A stretch of 63,889 nt of DNA, the filler included, from Octopus bimaculoides (taxonomy: Eukaryota): assembly GCF_001194135.2 (NCBI RefSeq). It is 6 parts of 6 records of this genome, joined end to end, with 100 filler letters (N's around TTAATTAATTAA, not from the genome) between each part and the next. Parts side by side here need not be neighbours in the genome. Positions count along the whole stretch, not along the records: positions 62,387 to 63,889 come from NC_068986.1; 5 more parts are not named here. One strand, written 5' to 3'. Both the position numbers and the translations under genes were made by a program. Below are positions 63,563-63,889 of this stretch, one piece after another. The notes under the pieces are model-generated. The model made no database searches, had not been told where the DNA came from, and saw only the letters and a program-made list of their open reading frames with translations. Every line of letters begins with the position of its first letter. Positions within the stretch are counted from its first letter, which is position 1.

Positions 63563-63880
63563 GAAGGTGCATGGCTCAGTGGTTAGAAGGTCGAGTTTAC
63601 TACGATCGTGAAGCTATGAGTTTGATTCCTAGACCAGGCTGCGCGTTTTGTTATTGAGCAATATAATTTATTTCACATTGCTCCAATTTACTCAGCTGTA
63701 GAAATGAGTTCCGACATCACTGGTGCAAAACTGTATCGGCCTCTTTAATTTTCCCTTGGATAACATCGGTGGCGTGAAGAGAGAATGCTGGTATGCATGG
63801 CCGATTGCTGGTCTTCCAAAGACCACTTTGCTCGGAGGGTAACTTTCTAGGAGTAATCCCATAGTCATCCATGGGCCACC
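63563..63880 (+). mobile_element. tRNA-headed SINE-like repeat (further family)
   Basis: A-box-like gcatggctcagtggttagaa and B-box-like gagtttgattcctag. Partial relatives at 62690-62880 and 51700-51750. Confidence 0.6.
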
Positions 63881-63889
63881 CTATATATA

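Overview
This is AT-rich, microsatellite-saturated animal genomic DNA with many N gaps. The SINE families and repeat density suggest a coleoid cephalopod (Octopus-like); that assignment is an inference. There is no prokaryotic content and no CRISPR array. The only convincing host coding sequences are two paralogous, intact, ATG-starting exons of claudin-like proteins (PMP22/EMP/claudin superfamily, invertebrate septate-junction type): exon A at 30484-30751 and exon B at 40803-41058. Each encodes TM1 plus extracellular loop 1. They align without gaps (24/64 identical aa) and end at the same codon position in phase 1 with GTAAGT donors. I found no downstream (TM2-TM4) exon in the gap-free 10 kb between them or in the 22 kb after exon B. 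This suggests alternative first exons spliced onto a shared constant region outside the window, which is the main hypothesis. The rest is transposable-element debris. DNA transposons include two DD34D-type mariners, a maT-like element, Tc1, Tigger/pogo, piggyBac, hAT MITEs with 8-bp TSDs and a fold-back MITE. Retroelements include Penelope, R4/Dong-like and RTE-like fragments and three SINE families. Other structures are two families of hammerhead-ribozyme-like motifs, an R4/Penelope chimeric junction, an inverted repeat pair and a mosaic tandem duplication at 57-59 kb. All translations, alignments and counts were done by eye, and element ends are approximate unless TIRs or TSDs are quoted.
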